Shown: positions 51,053 through 61,020 of the stretch, piece after piece
How positions within the stretch are numbered: position 1 is the first letter of the stretch
How the letters are laid out: the number at the start of each line of letters is the position of its first letter
DNA from: a virus
Taxonomy: Duplodnaviria > Caudoviricetes
Virus record (IMG/VR): IMGVR_UViG_3300031993_000074
Coordinates: 620-64,619 of that record
DNA length: 64,000 bases
Direction: 5' to 3' (one strand)
Made by a program: the position numbers and the translations under genes
Notes under the pieces: model-generated
What the model was told of the DNA's origin: nothing
What the model saw: the letters and a program-made list of their open reading frames with translations, nothing else
Databases searched by the model: none

Positions 51053-51489
51053 GGTTCGTCGTTCGTAAGGTCGTGAAGTCGAATTTCGACGCCGTGCTTT
51101 GCGTCCGGCGCGGCCCATAGCTTGGCGATGGTTTCAAGGCATACGAGCGCATCGTCCTTGTAGAAGCCGGCTTTCGTCATGCAGTCCTTCAATGTCTTTA
51201 CAACGTTGTCCGTGTCCGGGCTCGTCGTTTTCCAGCCTGTCTTGGTGGCAGACCGGAAATGCCAAACTGTCGTGAGGTGTATCGGGCAATTCCACGGCTT
51301 TGGCGGGGCGTGAGGTTTCAGGAGCGCGATGTACTTGGCTTCAAGATTCAGCAGGGCGGAAGTTTTGTGGAGAAGCGGCTTGCCAGTCCGTGGATTCACG
51401 GCGGGTTCGATGCCGTTCTGGTGCGTCAGCTTCGGAGCGTCCGGCTCAAGACGCACGAACAGCTTTATATCAGAATTCGGGCATGTCAT
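51049..51489 (-). CDS. rusA: RusA-like Holliday junction resolvase
   Basis: SPDTDNVVKTLKDCMT...DDALV. Confidence 0.85.
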   Translation of the reverse strand: MTCPNSDIKLFVRLEPDAPKLTHQNGIEPAVNPRTGKPLLHKTSALLNLEAKYIALLKPHAPPKPWNCPIHLTTVWHFRSATKTGWKTTSPDTDNVVKTLKDCMTKAGFYKDDALVCLETIAKLWAAPDAKHGVEIRLHDLTNDEP

Positions 51490-53719
51490 CGTCGGCCTCC
51501 GTTGGTTTGGGTGTGGGTATGGTTATCACGCCTTTGCTAATAGACCAGCCGAGCGTTTTGCAGTATCTGAAAATTGTTCGCTCTGATACATTGAACTGTT
51601 CGATTGCCTTGCGGACAGTCCATACCTGCGTGGGGTTGCACTCTACAATCTGCTTGAACGCCGTCAGCTTGTCCTGTTTCGGGGCCTTGTCCTTCTTCCG
51701 CGCACCTCCACGGCTGCGCGGCGCGGCCTCTCCTTCGGGCGTGGCGTCGGCAAGGTAGTTCTCATCGTCCGTGAGGTGACGCGGATATGCGAACCAGAAG
51801 TTCTGCGGCTTGGGCGTAGCGAATTCGCGCAGGGTGAACGACGCACGCCAGCCCGTTATCGACTCGCATTCCTTCGCGGCGGCTTCACGCGCCTTGCGGA
51901 TGCCGTCAAGCCTTGCCTCGCCCCAGAGTTCGAGCAACACGCCCTCAAGCCGATTGGGGACGATCTTATCGTCCTGTGAAATCATGCCGAGGGCGGATTG
52001 TCCGTCTGGATTCGCGAGAATGGCGTCCGTCATGGCGTCGCACTCCATGCGCTGCTGCAAGACGGCCCTTGCGGATTCCGCGTCGAGCGGAAGCAAGTCG
52101 ATCATCGCGTCGGGGTCACGGGCGAACACTCCGGAGCCGGATGCGCGGTCCATCGAGCGCTTGTCACCCTGCGAACCCTTGGAGTGGTGGTGGCAGTACA
52201 CGACGGCGCATCCGCAGTCCTTAGAGATTCGGTCGAAGAGGTTGCAGAACGCCGCCATTTCGGACGCGCTGTTCTCGTCGCCAGTCAAAACCTTGTAGAT
52301 CGGGTCGATGATTACAAGCTCGTAGCCGCGCTTCGCCGCCCTGCGGATGAGTTTCGGGGTGAGTTTGTCGAGCGGCATTGTGCGTCCACGAAGATTCCAG
52401 CGGTCGATGAAGGAATAGTGCGTCGGCTTGATTCCGAGAGCGGAATACACGTCAACGAACCGGCGCGTGCAAGAGTTCTTGTCAAGCTCCAGGTTTATGT
52501 AGAGGACGCGTCCCTGTCGGCATTGACGGCCAAGCCAGACGCCGCCCTCTGCGACGGCAATTGCGAGTTCGATGAGGAGGAACGACTTTCCGGCCTTGGA
52601 CGGCCCTACGATGCAGAGCTTGTGGTTTACGCGGAGGATGCCGGAGATAAGCTCCGAGGCGAGCGGCGGAGGATTGCGCAAATCCTCCTCGGTCAGGGAT
52701 TCAAATTCCGGAAGGTCGTCGTTGAGGTCTTTTATCCAGTCCTCCCATTCGTCCCACGACGCCTTGCCGCAGTTGCGTTCGATGATAAACTGCTTCTTGC
52801 CGTCGCGCATGACGCCCGGCATACGGGAATAGCGGGAGGGGTTGCGGTTCTGCTTATCGACGGGCAAGCCGTTGTTGGCGCAGACTTCGTAGAGGAAGTT
52901 CACGCGCTTGCGGTATTCGTCGATTGTCGGGGCGTTCACGCGCACGATGGCGTGGGCGGACTTGCCGCCGGAGTGGACGATGCAGACGCAGGGCAGTTCA
53001 AGCTTCTTGTAGATCGCGACCTGTTCGTCAACTGGCTTGGTGTCGGATTCGATAAGCGCATAGCGGAAGTCCGTCACATTCTCGTCCTTGCGCCCCTTGC
53101 CGTCCACGGGGTTTATCACAATCCATGCGCCGCATTTCTCGTTCGGCGTACCTACGGCCTCCTCAAAGCCGGTCTTGGTGTTCTTCTTAAGCGATTGCAG
53201 GATTTCAGATACAGTCTTGTGGTACGTCCCCTGCGTGGGGATGAAGTGGCCGTCGCGCTCAAACGGGTCTGTACAGTAGGCCACATGCTCGTCCGGCTCA
53301 AAGAGGGTGGTGAGGTATTCGCGCAGCTGTGCGCAGGGATTCCACTTGTCGGGTTCGCGCACGACCTCCGTCTCAAGCCAGTTGGTATCGACGATGCGGT
53401 ATTCGTCGGGGTTTATCACCTCGTCCCATCCGATTGCGTGGGAGTTGGAAGAGGATGGTGCAAGGCTCGTATGCGGCAGGGGCTGTCTCTGGCCGAACGC
53501 GACGGCCTCGTTCCACTTCCGCTCCCCCTGCGACTTGTTGCGGCAGAGCGACACGGCAAGGTCTTTCAGCGAATCGAGTTCGTCTTGCGTAAGGCGTCCG
53601 GCGGCAAAGCATCCCCCGGCGATGCGTCCAACATCGCGCAGACAGGCGTGCATGTTGCCGTCGTACATGCCCTCGTGGAGTTTCGCTTCCACCATGCCGT
53701 AGTCGGAGTATTCGTTCAT
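51470..53719 (-). CDS. Primase-helicase fusion (PrimPol-like plus RepA/AAA_25 ATPase)
   Basis: ALIESD and HSGGKSAH primase motifs; Walker A GPSKAGKS; Walker B VIIDP; HHHSKG; C-terminal HTH. Confidence 0.85.
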   Translation of the reverse strand: MNEYSDYGMVEAKLHEGMYDGNMHACLRDVGRIAGGCFAAGRLTQDELDSLKDLAVSLCRNKSQGERKWNEAVAFGQRQPLPHTSLAPSSSNSHAIGWDEVINPDEYRIVDTNWLETEVVREPDKWNPCAQLREYLTTLFEPDEHVAYCTDPFERDGHFIPTQGTYHKTVSEILQSLKKNTKTGFEEAVGTPNEKCGAWIVINPVDGKGRKDENVTDFRYALIESDTKPVDEQVAIYKKLELPCVCIVHSGGKSAHAIVRVNAPTIDEYRKRVNFLYEVCANNGLPVDKQNRNPSRYSRMPGVMRDGKKQFIIERNCGKASWDEWEDWIKDLNDDLPEFESLTEEDLRNPPPLASELISGILRVNHKLCIVGPSKAGKSFLLIELAIAVAEGGVWLGRQCRQGRVLYINLELDKNSCTRRFVDVYSALGIKPTHYSFIDRWNLRGRTMPLDKLTPKLIRRAAKRGYELVIIDPIYKVLTGDENSASEMAAFCNLFDRISKDCGCAVVYCHHHSKGSQGDKRSMDRASGSGVFARDPDAMIDLLPLDAESARAVLQQRMECDAMTDAILANPDGQSALGMISQDDKIVPNRLEGVLLELWGEARLDGIRKAREAAAKECESITGWRASFTLREFATPKPQNFWFAYPRHLTDDENYLADATPEGEAAPRSRGGARKKDKAPKQDKLTAFKQIVECNPTQVWTVRKAIEQFNVSERTIFRYCKTLGWSISKGVITIPTPKPTEADDDMPEF

Positions 53720-55308
53720 GGCGTGTATGTCTCTGGGTCAATACCGCGCGGATTCCTCCAGCCGGACGCGGCTATCCTGTCGATCATCTTCTTCGCGGCG
53801 GAGAACGGCCATTGGGCGACGTTTCGGAATCCGCGAGAGGTGAGGAGCTTGATTTGCTTGTGGGAAGAGAGGCCGCTATCGACACGCTGTTGATAAGCGG
53901 TCAACAACTTCTCGGCGGCGGTCTGCGAACCCGGACAGGCGAATCCGAGCCGTTCAAGGCGATCGACCATTTCCATCGTCGGGCGGTCGTTCTCCTGAAT
54001 GGTTGTCGGCACGTCGGACAGGTTCGTCACGCCCGTGAGTTCCGCGAACTGTAGCGCGTCGAAGAGCTTGCCTTTCTTGCGCGACTGCGCGGCAAGGCGC
54101 TTCGCAAGCGCGTCCTCGCGCTTCTTCACGGTTTCAGACTGCGCATCTTCAAGTGCTTCGGGCGAAAGGTCTAGCAGCCCGGCTTTTGCCACCTCTTGTT
54201 TAGCAGTAATAGTTTCGCAAACTTCCGGGTCATCGGAGAGGAGACACGCAGGACGGCAGAGGTCATGGGAGGCTGTGAGCCAAAGAAAATCGAGCAGGAG
54301 CAGATTCGCTTTCCCGGGAGCGAGACGCGTTCCTCGTCCAACCATCTGTACAAATAGCGCTCGAACCTTTGTTGCCCGAAGAACAACGATGCAATCAACA
54401 GACGGCTCGTCATATCCTTCGGTGAGAAGCATAGAATTAAGCAGCACGCAGCCGGCAGGGGCGTCAGCGAACCATTGGAGAGTCTCAGCTCGATCGGGCG
54501 ATTCTCCATTAACCTCACGCACTTCATCGACGCCCGTCTCCATAAATATCGACAGCATCTTGCGCGAAGTCGCGATAAGAGGAGTAAAAACAATCGTCTT
54601 TCTGGCATGGCAGCGTTCCTTTATTTCGCGGCAAATCTGCCGCAGATACGGGTCGAGAGCAGAACCGAGAGACGCCGCCTGGAAGTCGCCCGACTGGACG
54701 GCCACGCCGGAGAGGTCGATGCGGAGCGGCACGGTCTGCACGAATATGGGCGAAAGCCATCCGCCCTTGATCGCGTCCACGATGGAATACTCGTAGGCGA
54801 TGGTCTGGAACACCTCGGAGAGGTCGCGCAGGTCGCCACGGTCGGGGGTGGCCGTCACACCCAAGAGCCTCGCTTTCGGGAAGTGGTCGATCACGGCGCG
54901 GTATGTCCCGGTAAGTGCGTGGTGGCATTCGTCTATGACGATAAGCGTAAACTCGTCGGGGGCGAAGCGAGCAAGTCGCTTCTGCGACTTCATCGACTGG
55001 ACAGAGCCGACAACGACGGTGTACGGAATCTCGTCAACGTCAACTGCGGACGTTTCCTCGGCCTTTTCAAGCCCGGCCTCGATGCCCGTCGCGGAGCGCA
55101 GCTTGGCGATTGCCTGCTGCAAGAGTTCTCCGCGATGGGCAAGGATGAGGACGCGACCACCGCGCCGCACCTCCCTCGCGGCAAGATGCGAAAAGACGAT
55201 CGTCTTTCCGCACCCCGTCGCAAGGACGATGAGCGTGGAGCGGACGCCGTTCGAGAACTCCGATTCGACGGAGGCGACGGCCTCGTTCTGGTAGGGGCGA
55301 AGTTCCAT
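53716..55308 (-). CDS. SF2 DEAD/DEAH-box helicase
   Basis: Start MELRPYQ at 55308; ATGCGKT; DECHH; TAT; QMVGRGTR. Confidence 0.9.
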   Translation of the reverse strand: MELRPYQNEAVASVESEFSNGVRSTLIVLATGCGKTIVFSHLAAREVRRGGRVLILAHRGELLQQAIAKLRSATGIEAGLEKAEETSAVDVDEIPYTVVVGSVQSMKSQKRLARFAPDEFTLIVIDECHHALTGTYRAVIDHFPKARLLGVTATPDRGDLRDLSEVFQTIAYEYSIVDAIKGGWLSPIFVQTVPLRIDLSGVAVQSGDFQAASLGSALDPYLRQICREIKERCHARKTIVFTPLIATSRKMLSIFMETGVDEVREVNGESPDRAETLQWFADAPAGCVLLNSMLLTEGYDEPSVDCIVVLRATKVRALFVQMVGRGTRLAPGKANLLLLDFLWLTASHDLCRPACLLSDDPEVCETITAKQEVAKAGLLDLSPEALEDAQSETVKKREDALAKRLAAQSRKKGKLFDALQFAELTGVTNLSDVPTTIQENDRPTMEMVDRLERLGFACPGSQTAAEKLLTAYQQRVDSGLSSHKQIKLLTSRGFRNVAQWPFSAAKKMIDRIAASGWRNPRGIDPETYTP

Positions 55309-55796
55309 CAGAAGTCCGAATCGTCGAGTTCTTCGGATTCGCCCTCTCCGTCGGCGGGATCGGCGGGAAACCACTTCGTGATTTCGTTGTAGGTCTTGCC
55401 GTTCCAGTCGCGGGAAGTGACTTCGCAACGTGCGGTCATTCCCTTCGTGACCTTCTCCCACGGGATGCGTCCGGCGGTGGCGTCGCCTTTCTTCCGCAGA
55501 CCGACGGCCTCAAGGAACTGGTAGATTTTCCAGAGCGTCGAGGTGTGCATGAAGAAGTTGTGGTTGGCCCATCCGCGTCCGGCTTCGCCGCCGTCGAGGA
55601 CAACGCCGATCTTCACCTTGTTGCAGGGCGGAAGCTTGTCGCTCCCCTTGTGAGAGGCGCGTTCGATCTTCATCACCTTGCAGGGATATGTCCCGTCGGG
55701 CAGAATCACGAACTCGTCTTGCTGCTGCGAACCTTCGTCCGCGTCTGCGGTGGAAACCTCATCGTCCCAACCGATTGCACCATTTGCGTTTGCCAT
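55308..55796 (-). CDS. ssDNA-binding-like protein (DUF669-like)
   Basis: FVILPDGTY; acidic C-tail ending DDSDF; located between the AAA ATPase and the helicase. Confidence 0.7.
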   Translation of the reverse strand: MANANGAIGWDDEVSTADADEGSQQQDEFVILPDGTYPCKVMKIERASHKGSDKLPPCNKVKIGVVLDGGEAGRGWANHNFFMHTSTLWKIYQFLEAVGLRKKGDATAGRIPWEKVTKGMTARCEVTSRDWNGKTYNEITKWFPADPADGEGESEELDDSDF

Positions 55797-55817
55797 GTTG
55801 TTTTTCCTTTCTTTGGA

Positions 55818-56909
55818 TTATCCTTTGATTTTCGCGGCGACCTTCTCCATGCCCTTTGAGAGCCACGACACGATGGCGTCGGGCAAGTCCGCGAAAGCGA
55901 TGCCCTCCATCGAGCCGAAGCGTTCGGCAACCTTGGGGTTCCCCGCAAGGTACTTCATAATCTCGTCAGGCGTGATCTTGTAGTTCGCGGCAAGGCGGCG
56001 GAGATTCGCAATCGCCTCGCGCTCCTCCTTCGGCGGCGGGGTCTCGGCGGCGGGTTTCGCCTCCGGCTTCGCGGCGACGGCGCGCTTCTTGGCGAGAGCG
56101 GCCTTTGCCGCGTCCTCGGCAGACGGCGCGGACGGAGCCGCACCGCCACGAGAGACGGCGGCGGCGAGGGCCTTTGGAAGCGTCTCAACCATCTTGTCGA
56201 GAGAGCAGTCCTCCGGCAGGTCGATTCCCGTGCGCGTCTTTGCGTCCCAGTCGTTGGAGTAAGCGCAGAAGCACCAACGCTTGCCACCCTCAACGTGCGC
56301 CTTGTCGCTCTTCTTCTCGCCGGAAACGAGAAACGTCTTGTAGGCGCAGAAGATAACGGCATCCGCCCATTCCATGAAGATGGGCGAGACGGTCTTTGAG
56401 AGTTTCAGTTCGTGGTGGTCGTATGTCCCCGTTGTCTCGCGGTTCTCCAGAGGCTCAACCTTGCGGGAAGTCTCGTGGGCGAGGACAACGACGTCCATGC
56501 CGGACTTGGCAAGTTCCGTAAGCGCATCGAGGACGGACGCCATGCCGGACTTGTGGACGGCGATGGTGCGCCCGTAGTCGTTCACGGCGAAGATGTCCTC
56601 GACCTTCTTCTCCCTTGCCAGTTCCGTCGCCAAGTTCTGCTCAAACTTGTCGGCGGTGTCGATCACAAGGCGTTCGTAGCCCTGATGGTCGCGCTTCAAC
56701 TCCGCGATGAGTCCCTTCATGCCCTCGTATGACTTGGGCAGATCGGACGCGGCGAGCTTGTCCACGTCAAGTCCGTGAGTGCCGTCCTCAAAGTCGAGGA
56801 ACAGGACGCCCGGAAGTTTCGCGGCGAGCGTTGTCTTGCCGATGCCGTGAACGCCGTAGATCACGACGCGCAAGCCCTTCGGCTTCGTCTTTCCTTTTAC
56901 GATGTTCAT
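55818..56909 (-). CDS. AAA ATPase (AAA_24/Sak4-like recombinase)
   Basis: IYGVHGIGKTT; LVIDT; VVVLAH; EWADAV. Confidence 0.85.
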   Translation of the reverse strand: MNIVKGKTKPKGLRVVIYGVHGIGKTTLAAKLPGVLFLDFEDGTHGLDVDKLAASDLPKSYEGMKGLIAELKRDHQGYERLVIDTADKFEQNLATELAREKKVEDIFAVNDYGRTIAVHKSGMASVLDALTELAKSGMDVVVLAHETSRKVEPLENRETTGTYDHHELKLSKTVSPIFMEWADAVIFCAYKTFLVSGEKKSDKAHVEGGKRWCFCAYSNDWDAKTRTGIDLPEDCSLDKMVETLPKALAAAVSRGGAAPSAPSAEDAAKAALAKKRAVAAKPEAKPAAETPPPKEEREAIANLRRLAANYKITPDEIMKYLAGNPKVAERFGSMEGIAFADLPDAIVSWLSKGMEKVAAKIKG

Positions 56910-56958
56910 TTATTCGTCTCCTTTGTCCTCCGACGGCGGAATGCCGCCAGAGAAATTG

Positions 56959-58293
56959 TTAGTAGTCGCTGTCGTCGAGTTCCTCTTCGGACGGCTTCGC
57001 GGCGGGTGCGGGCTTGGCCTTGCGCGGGATAAGAACGCGCTTCTTCTCGCCCTCCTTCACCTCGCCGTCCTCAATGACGAGCGTACATTCGCCGCCAGTC
57101 GAAACGCGGGTGGCGATGCACTGCAAATCCTGCGTCTTGAGCCATGCGTCGAACTCCGCAAGGGTCTTGAGGTCGAGTTGCTCCAACTTGTCCATGAGGA
57201 CAAAGCGGCACGTCGGGTTGATTCGCGACGCGATGGCGCACGAGACGATCAGCTGCTGCGACCCGCTCATGCAGTCCCACGGCTGGCCGTTGTAAACGAG
57301 TTCGGAATCGTCGTTCACGGACAGACCTTCGAGCGGGAAGTCCGCGTCCTTCAGGAGCGCGAGACGCTCGGCGCGGATGTCCTCTATCTCCTTCGTAAGC
57401 GAGTCCTTCTGGTCGTTGAGTGCGTCGGCCTCCTCCATGCGGCGGGTGCGCTCGGCGTTCTCCGCGACCTTGCGGTTCGTATCCTCAAAGTTGGCGATCT
57501 GCTTCTCCAGTTCGGCGGTGGATTCGAGCGTGAAATCCTCGCCCTCGGCGGACTTGACTTTGGCGACGAGTTCCTCGCGGCGTTCGGACAGGCGTTTCAG
57601 TTCCGCGTTTACGCGCCCCAACTCCGACTTGTTAACTTCAAGGTTACGGCGGTGTTCCTCCTTGATTCCGTTCCGCGCAAGAATCTCCTGTTGCTGGTCG
57701 ATGAGTTCCTTCACGGACACTTTCTCTTCGGGCGCGTCCTCGTGCCAGGGCATATCCTCGGCGGCTTTCTGCTTGCGGTCGGCCTCGCGTCCCACCATCG
57801 TGCGGGTGTCGTACTTCTCCTTCTCGCGCTTGGCGAGTTCCGCCAACTTCTCCTCGATGCCGAGGGTTTCAAGGATCATGTGCGCCTTGTCTTTCGCGGA
57901 GGCGTTGTAGAACTTCGGAAGGTCGATGGCGATGTTGCTGATGAACGCATCAAGCAGCTCCTGTCCGTGACGCGCTCCCTCCTTGTCCGTGACTGTAAGC
58001 GAGAGGTTCTTGCCCTTGCGCTCCACGGTGAGGCCGTTCGACAGCTCGACATGGAGCGTCGTGTCGCCGATAGCGCCCTCGCGCTTCGGGTTGGACGGGC
58101 GGTATTTCGCGCCACCGAGCGCGAACGAGAGTATGTCAAGGCAGGTTGACTTTCCCGCTCCGTTGTCGCCGCCGATGATGGTTAGTCCATCTTCGTTCGG
58201 TTCGCACATTACGGCCTTTACGGCCTTGAAGTTCTCCGCAGAGAAGCACAGCACCTTGACCGGCTCCTGCGGCTTGTCGGTTTTGTCTTTCAT
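56959..58293 (-). CDS. SMC/RecN-like ABC ATPase with a coiled coil
   Basis: GGDNGAGKST; signature MSGSQ; VLMDKLE. Start at 58293. Confidence 0.85.
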   Translation of the reverse strand: MKDKTDKPQEPVKVLCFSAENFKAVKAVMCEPNEDGLTIIGGDNGAGKSTCLDILSFALGGAKYRPSNPKREGAIGDTTLHVELSNGLTVERKGKNLSLTVTDKEGARHGQELLDAFISNIAIDLPKFYNASAKDKAHMILETLGIEEKLAELAKREKEKYDTRTMVGREADRKQKAAEDMPWHEDAPEEKVSVKELIDQQQEILARNGIKEEHRRNLEVNKSELGRVNAELKRLSERREELVAKVKSAEGEDFTLESTAELEKQIANFEDTNRKVAENAERTRRMEEADALNDQKDSLTKEIEDIRAERLALLKDADFPLEGLSVNDDSELVYNGQPWDCMSGSQQLIVSCAIASRINPTCRFVLMDKLEQLDLKTLAEFDAWLKTQDLQCIATRVSTGGECTLVIEDGEVKEGEKKRVLIPRKAKPAPAAKPSEEELDDSDY

Positions 58294-58694
58294 TTTTTCG
58301 TCTCCTTTGTTTCCTGTTTGAGGAAGTAGCGGTAAACGCAATAGCCGCTGTTCGTCCTGAACGCAAGGCGGCGTCCTATCACGCCGATGCGCATCATCCG
58401 CTTGAGCGTCCATTGCTTGAGTTGGTTTGAGCAGATGCCGTCAAGGTCGATTTCCGACGAGAACACGGGCTTCCCCGCGTGTTTCAGGCTTTCCGCGATG
58501 AGCGACATGCGGGTGAAGAGCGAGTAGTCCTTTGGCGGCACGGCAATGTCGGCCTCGATGTCGCGGAGAAGCCGCGTGGCCGTGCGCGAATCGCAATGTG
58601 CGCAGTTCTCCTCGCGGCGGTGCAGGCAAGAATAGCAGCGGTTGGCGATCACGCGCACGAATGCGACAACGCGCTGTTCGATCTCTGGTGTCAT
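58290..58694 (-). CDS. Hypothetical protein with CxxC..CxxC and a possible wHTH
   Basis: CYSC...CAHC; ATGA overlaps. Confidence 0.7.
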   Translation of the reverse strand: MTPEIEQRVVAFVRVIANRCYSCLHRREENCAHCDSRTATRLLRDIEADIAVPPKDYSLFTRMSLIAESLKHAGKPVFSSEIDLDGICSNQLKQWTLKRMMRIGVIGRRLAFRTNSGYCVYRYFLKQETKETKK

Positions 58695-59089
58695 ACGAAG
58701 CGCCTCCTTCCCGTGCGCTCTGCGTCCATTGCGCGTTCCGCAAGCCAGTCGAGGAAGAGCGACTTCACGAAGCGCGTGGTCTGCTTGTTAAGCCGGATGA
58801 ATGGCGGCTGGTTATCGGGATTCTCGCGTCGTGTGAATACGAGAATCATGCGGGAAGTCAGTCCGCTGTCCGCAAGTTCCGGCGTTGCGGCAAGTTCATC
58901 CGCCTTTAGGATGTCGGACGGCACATGGTCGAACGGAGCGTCGATGTTGCGGCGCGACTGGTTGACAAGCGCGAGAACGGCGTCTGACGAGACGCACGGG
59001 CCGTAGCCGGAGCGCACCAGCGAATAAGACTGGCGCGGCGACAGGCGCAGGCGGCAGCAAAGCCATTCTCTCGACATGAAGTGGTGCAT
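58691..59089 (-). CDS. Putative excisionase/AlpA-like DNA-binding protein
   Basis: C-terminal PPFIRLNKQTTRFVKSLFLDWL is a winged-helix wing pattern. Confidence 0.45.
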   Translation of the reverse strand: MHHFMSREWLCCRLRLSPRQSYSLVRSGYGPCVSSDAVLALVNQSRRNIDAPFDHVPSDILKADELAATPELADSGLTSRMILVFTRRENPDNQPPFIRLNKQTTRFVKSLFLDWLAERAMDAERTGRRRFV

Positions 59090-59238
59090 CAGGCTTTCTG
59101 CTGCTCGATTGCTTTGCGGACGATGGACACGACAGCGGGTGCGATCGCGTCAACCTTCGTGAGATTGCGCACGGCTTCGATCTCGGCTTGCGTAAGCCGG
59201 ATATTCACCTGCCTGTATTCTTCTTCTGGTGTGTTCAT
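59089..59238 (-). CDS. Ribbon-helix-helix protein (49 aa)
   Basis: QVNIRL strand followed by two helices; SD AAAGGAGA. Confidence 0.6.
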   Translation of the reverse strand: MNTPEEEYRQVNIRLTQAEIEAVRNLTKVDAIAPAVVSIVRKAIEQQKA

Positions 59239-59465
59239 GTGTTCTCCTTTGTGTCGATTTCGAAGCCGGCCTGTTTGCAGATGTCGGCAACGCATTTCCT
59301 CGCCTCGTCGCGAGACGAGAAAACGCCTACTGGAACAGCTGTGGTTGCACATACCATCCAGACATGGAACTTGTCTTGTGAGTCTTTGTCGAGCAACACC
59401 GCACGAACGTCCATGCGGTCTCTGACGATGATGTCGCCATCGTTGATGATTGTTGGATGTGTCAT
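59235..59465 (-). CDS. Hypothetical protein (76 aa)
   Basis: SD AAAGGAGA. Confidence 0.7.
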   Translation of the reverse strand: MTHPTIINDGDIIVRDRMDVRAVLLDKDSQDKFHVWMVCATTAVPVGVFSSRDEARKCVADICKQAGFEIDTKENT

Positions 59466-59517
59466 TTTTTGTCTCCTTTGGTGGGCGCGGGTTGGTTGAA
59501 CCTTTGCGCGAAAAAAA

Positions 59518-59667
59518 CTATTTCCTCGGGATTCTCACCTTGCGCAGGTTGGTTGAACCTTCGAGGTAAAAAGAAATAATCTCTGCACGAGTTGCGTTCA
59601 AACGCGCGGCGAGCGCGTCAATGGCTTCGATTACCTCGGTCGAAAGAGTAAGTGTAATGCGATTCAT
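59518..59667 (-). CDS. CopG-like ribbon-helix-helix protein (49 aa), not in the ORF track
   Basis: MNRITLTLSTEVIEAIDALAARLNATRAEIISFYLEGSTNLRKVRIPRK*; SD AAAGGA; starts 2 nt after the upstream stop. Confidence 0.65.
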   Translation of the reverse strand: MNRITLTLSTEVIEAIDALAARLNATRAEIISFYLEGSTNLRKVRIPRK

Positions 59668-59669
59668 GG

Positions 59670-59894
59670 TTAGTGTCCTTTCCTCGTTTTGCGATTGGCT
59701 TCAATTTCAGCAGCGACTTTCACTTGTTCTTCCTGTGATAGCCTAACCTTTGCAAGTGCAGAGGCAAGAAGGTATTCGGCGACTTCGTTTCGCGTTGACC
59801 CGTCGGCTTTCGCTTTTGCGTCCATTCGCGCTATCGTCTCAATCTTCAACGCAAGCGACACCTTGCGCTTGTAGATGCTTAGCATATTGCTCAT
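59670..59894 (-). CDS. Arc/CopG-like ribbon-helix-helix regulator (74 aa)
   Basis: RKVSLAL-KIETIARMDAKAKADG-STRNEVAEYLL; SD AAGGAGA. Confidence 0.7.
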   Translation of the reverse strand: MSNMLSIYKRKVSLALKIETIARMDAKAKADGSTRNEVAEYLLASALAKVRLSQEEQVKVAAEIEANRKTRKGH

Positions 59895-59943
59895 GTTTTC
59901 GTCTCCTTGTTTTGTTGTCTCTGATGGGGGCTTTCGGGCACAT

Positions 59944-59972
59944 ATTATATCACAGGTTGGTTGAACCCGCAA
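59944..59972 (-). promoter_or_regulatory. Main leftward sigma70 promoter
   Basis: TTGCGG, 17-nt spacer, TGaTATAAT. Confidence 0.75.
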
Positions 59973-60022
59973 TAGGGAAAATAATTTTTTTTTAGATTGC
60001 CATACTCTGCCCATGCTGGATT

Positions 60023-60031
60023 TGGTATAAT
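60023..60031 (+). promoter_or_regulatory. Divergent extended -10 promoter
   Basis: TGGTATAAT, 25 nt upstream of ATG 60057. Confidence 0.65.
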
Positions 60032-60056
60032 ATTCACCAAAACAAGGAAATACGCA

Positions 60057-60293
60057 ATGAAAATCCCATATTCGCCTATGGCGACGAAACACTACATCGA
60101 CTACTTCGATGCAGACCACCTGTGTGTTCGAGAGGTCATGGACAACGGCATTGTCCGCACGCTCGACATTTTTGAGAACACGTCTGCCGGCCTTGACGAG
60201 GCGAGAACGCTTTGCCGTGAGATCGAAGAGCAAGCGGAAGTTGACGCCGACATAGAACGCCAGCAGCAAAGGGGCGATGATTTCGACGATTGA
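60057..60293 (+). CDS. Small acidic protein (78 aa)
   Basis: SD AAGGA; start MKIPYS. Confidence 0.7.
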   Translation: MKIPYSPMATKHYIDYFDADHLCVREVMDNGIVRTLDIFENTSAGLDEARTLCREIEEQAEVDADIERQQQRGDDFDD

Positions 60294-60597
60294 CTGTTTT
60301 CTCGCATTGGGGTTCGTGCCTGATGCGGACGGCTTGTCCGATGTATGGCGGTTGCCGTCAAAGAACAAACGCATTGATCTTTCAATAGTGCGCGGAATGT
60401 CGCTAAAATACGGCTGGCCTGTATGCGTGACGCTGCATGGATTCTTCCCGACCGGCAAGCATAAACTGTGTAGAGTCGAACAGGACTTGCCTCCAGAATG
60501 CAAAGACGGACAAGCATTTAGGGTAATGCTTGGATATGTACTTGGCCCTGATATGACGGTTGATGAACTCTTAAAACTTGCACAGGAGGAAGCATAA
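60277..60597 (+). CDS. Hypothetical low-GC protein (106 aa)
   Basis: Overlaps the upstream gene; SD AAAGGGG. Confidence 0.65.
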   Translation: MISTIDCFLALGFVPDADGLSDVWRLPSKNKRIDLSIVRGMSLKYGWPVCVTLHGFFPTGKHKLCRVEQDLPPECKDGQAFRVMLGYVLGPDMTVDELLKLAQEEA

Positions 60598-60599
60598 AC

Positions 60600-60992
60600 A
60601 TGTTGAAGCAGAAACAGTTTCATTTCATTTGCGTAACCGTGATTGTTGGATTCCTCGTGGCAAAAGCAATCATTGCGGCTCGGAATTCGATTTACATCAT
60701 GGTCAACGAACAACTGTTGGGAATGTTTGTCCTTGTCGTTCCGTTGCTGTGTTGGATATACGAAAAAGTCAAGAACAAAGAACGAACGGAGGATGTAAGC
60801 AATATGATGACGGCATGGTATTTGGGTTTTGCAATTGCTGTCATTTTGCTAAATGGAATTGCCTCAATAAAAGAACAGGATCGGCTTGGACGAGAAATGC
60901 GGGCTAAGATGACGGATGAAGAATGGGAAGAGTTGAACGAACAGATAAGAGAGGATGCCCGGCAAGATTATTATGAATCTCGCCATCCATGA
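60600..60992 (+). CDS. Low-GC membrane protein (3 predicted TM segments)
   Basis: SD AGGAGG; three hydrophobic stretches and an acidic C-tail. Confidence 0.7.
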   Translation: MLKQKQFHFICVTVIVGFLVAKAIIAARNSIYIMVNEQLLGMFVLVVPLLCWIYEKVKNKERTEDVSNMMTAWYLGFAIAVILLNGIASIKEQDRLGREMRAKMTDEEWEELNEQIREDARQDYYESRHP

Positions 60993-61020
60993 ACAATGCC
61001 GATCAATGGAGTATTTGGTA

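Larger units (their letters stand above)
59490..59967. promoter_or_regulatory. Three identical 13-bp operator-like sites GGTTGGTTGAACC
   Basis: At 59490-59502, 59547-59559 and 59955-59967; GGTT-N5-AACC dyad. The last copy lies in a promoter spacer. Confidence 0.75.
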
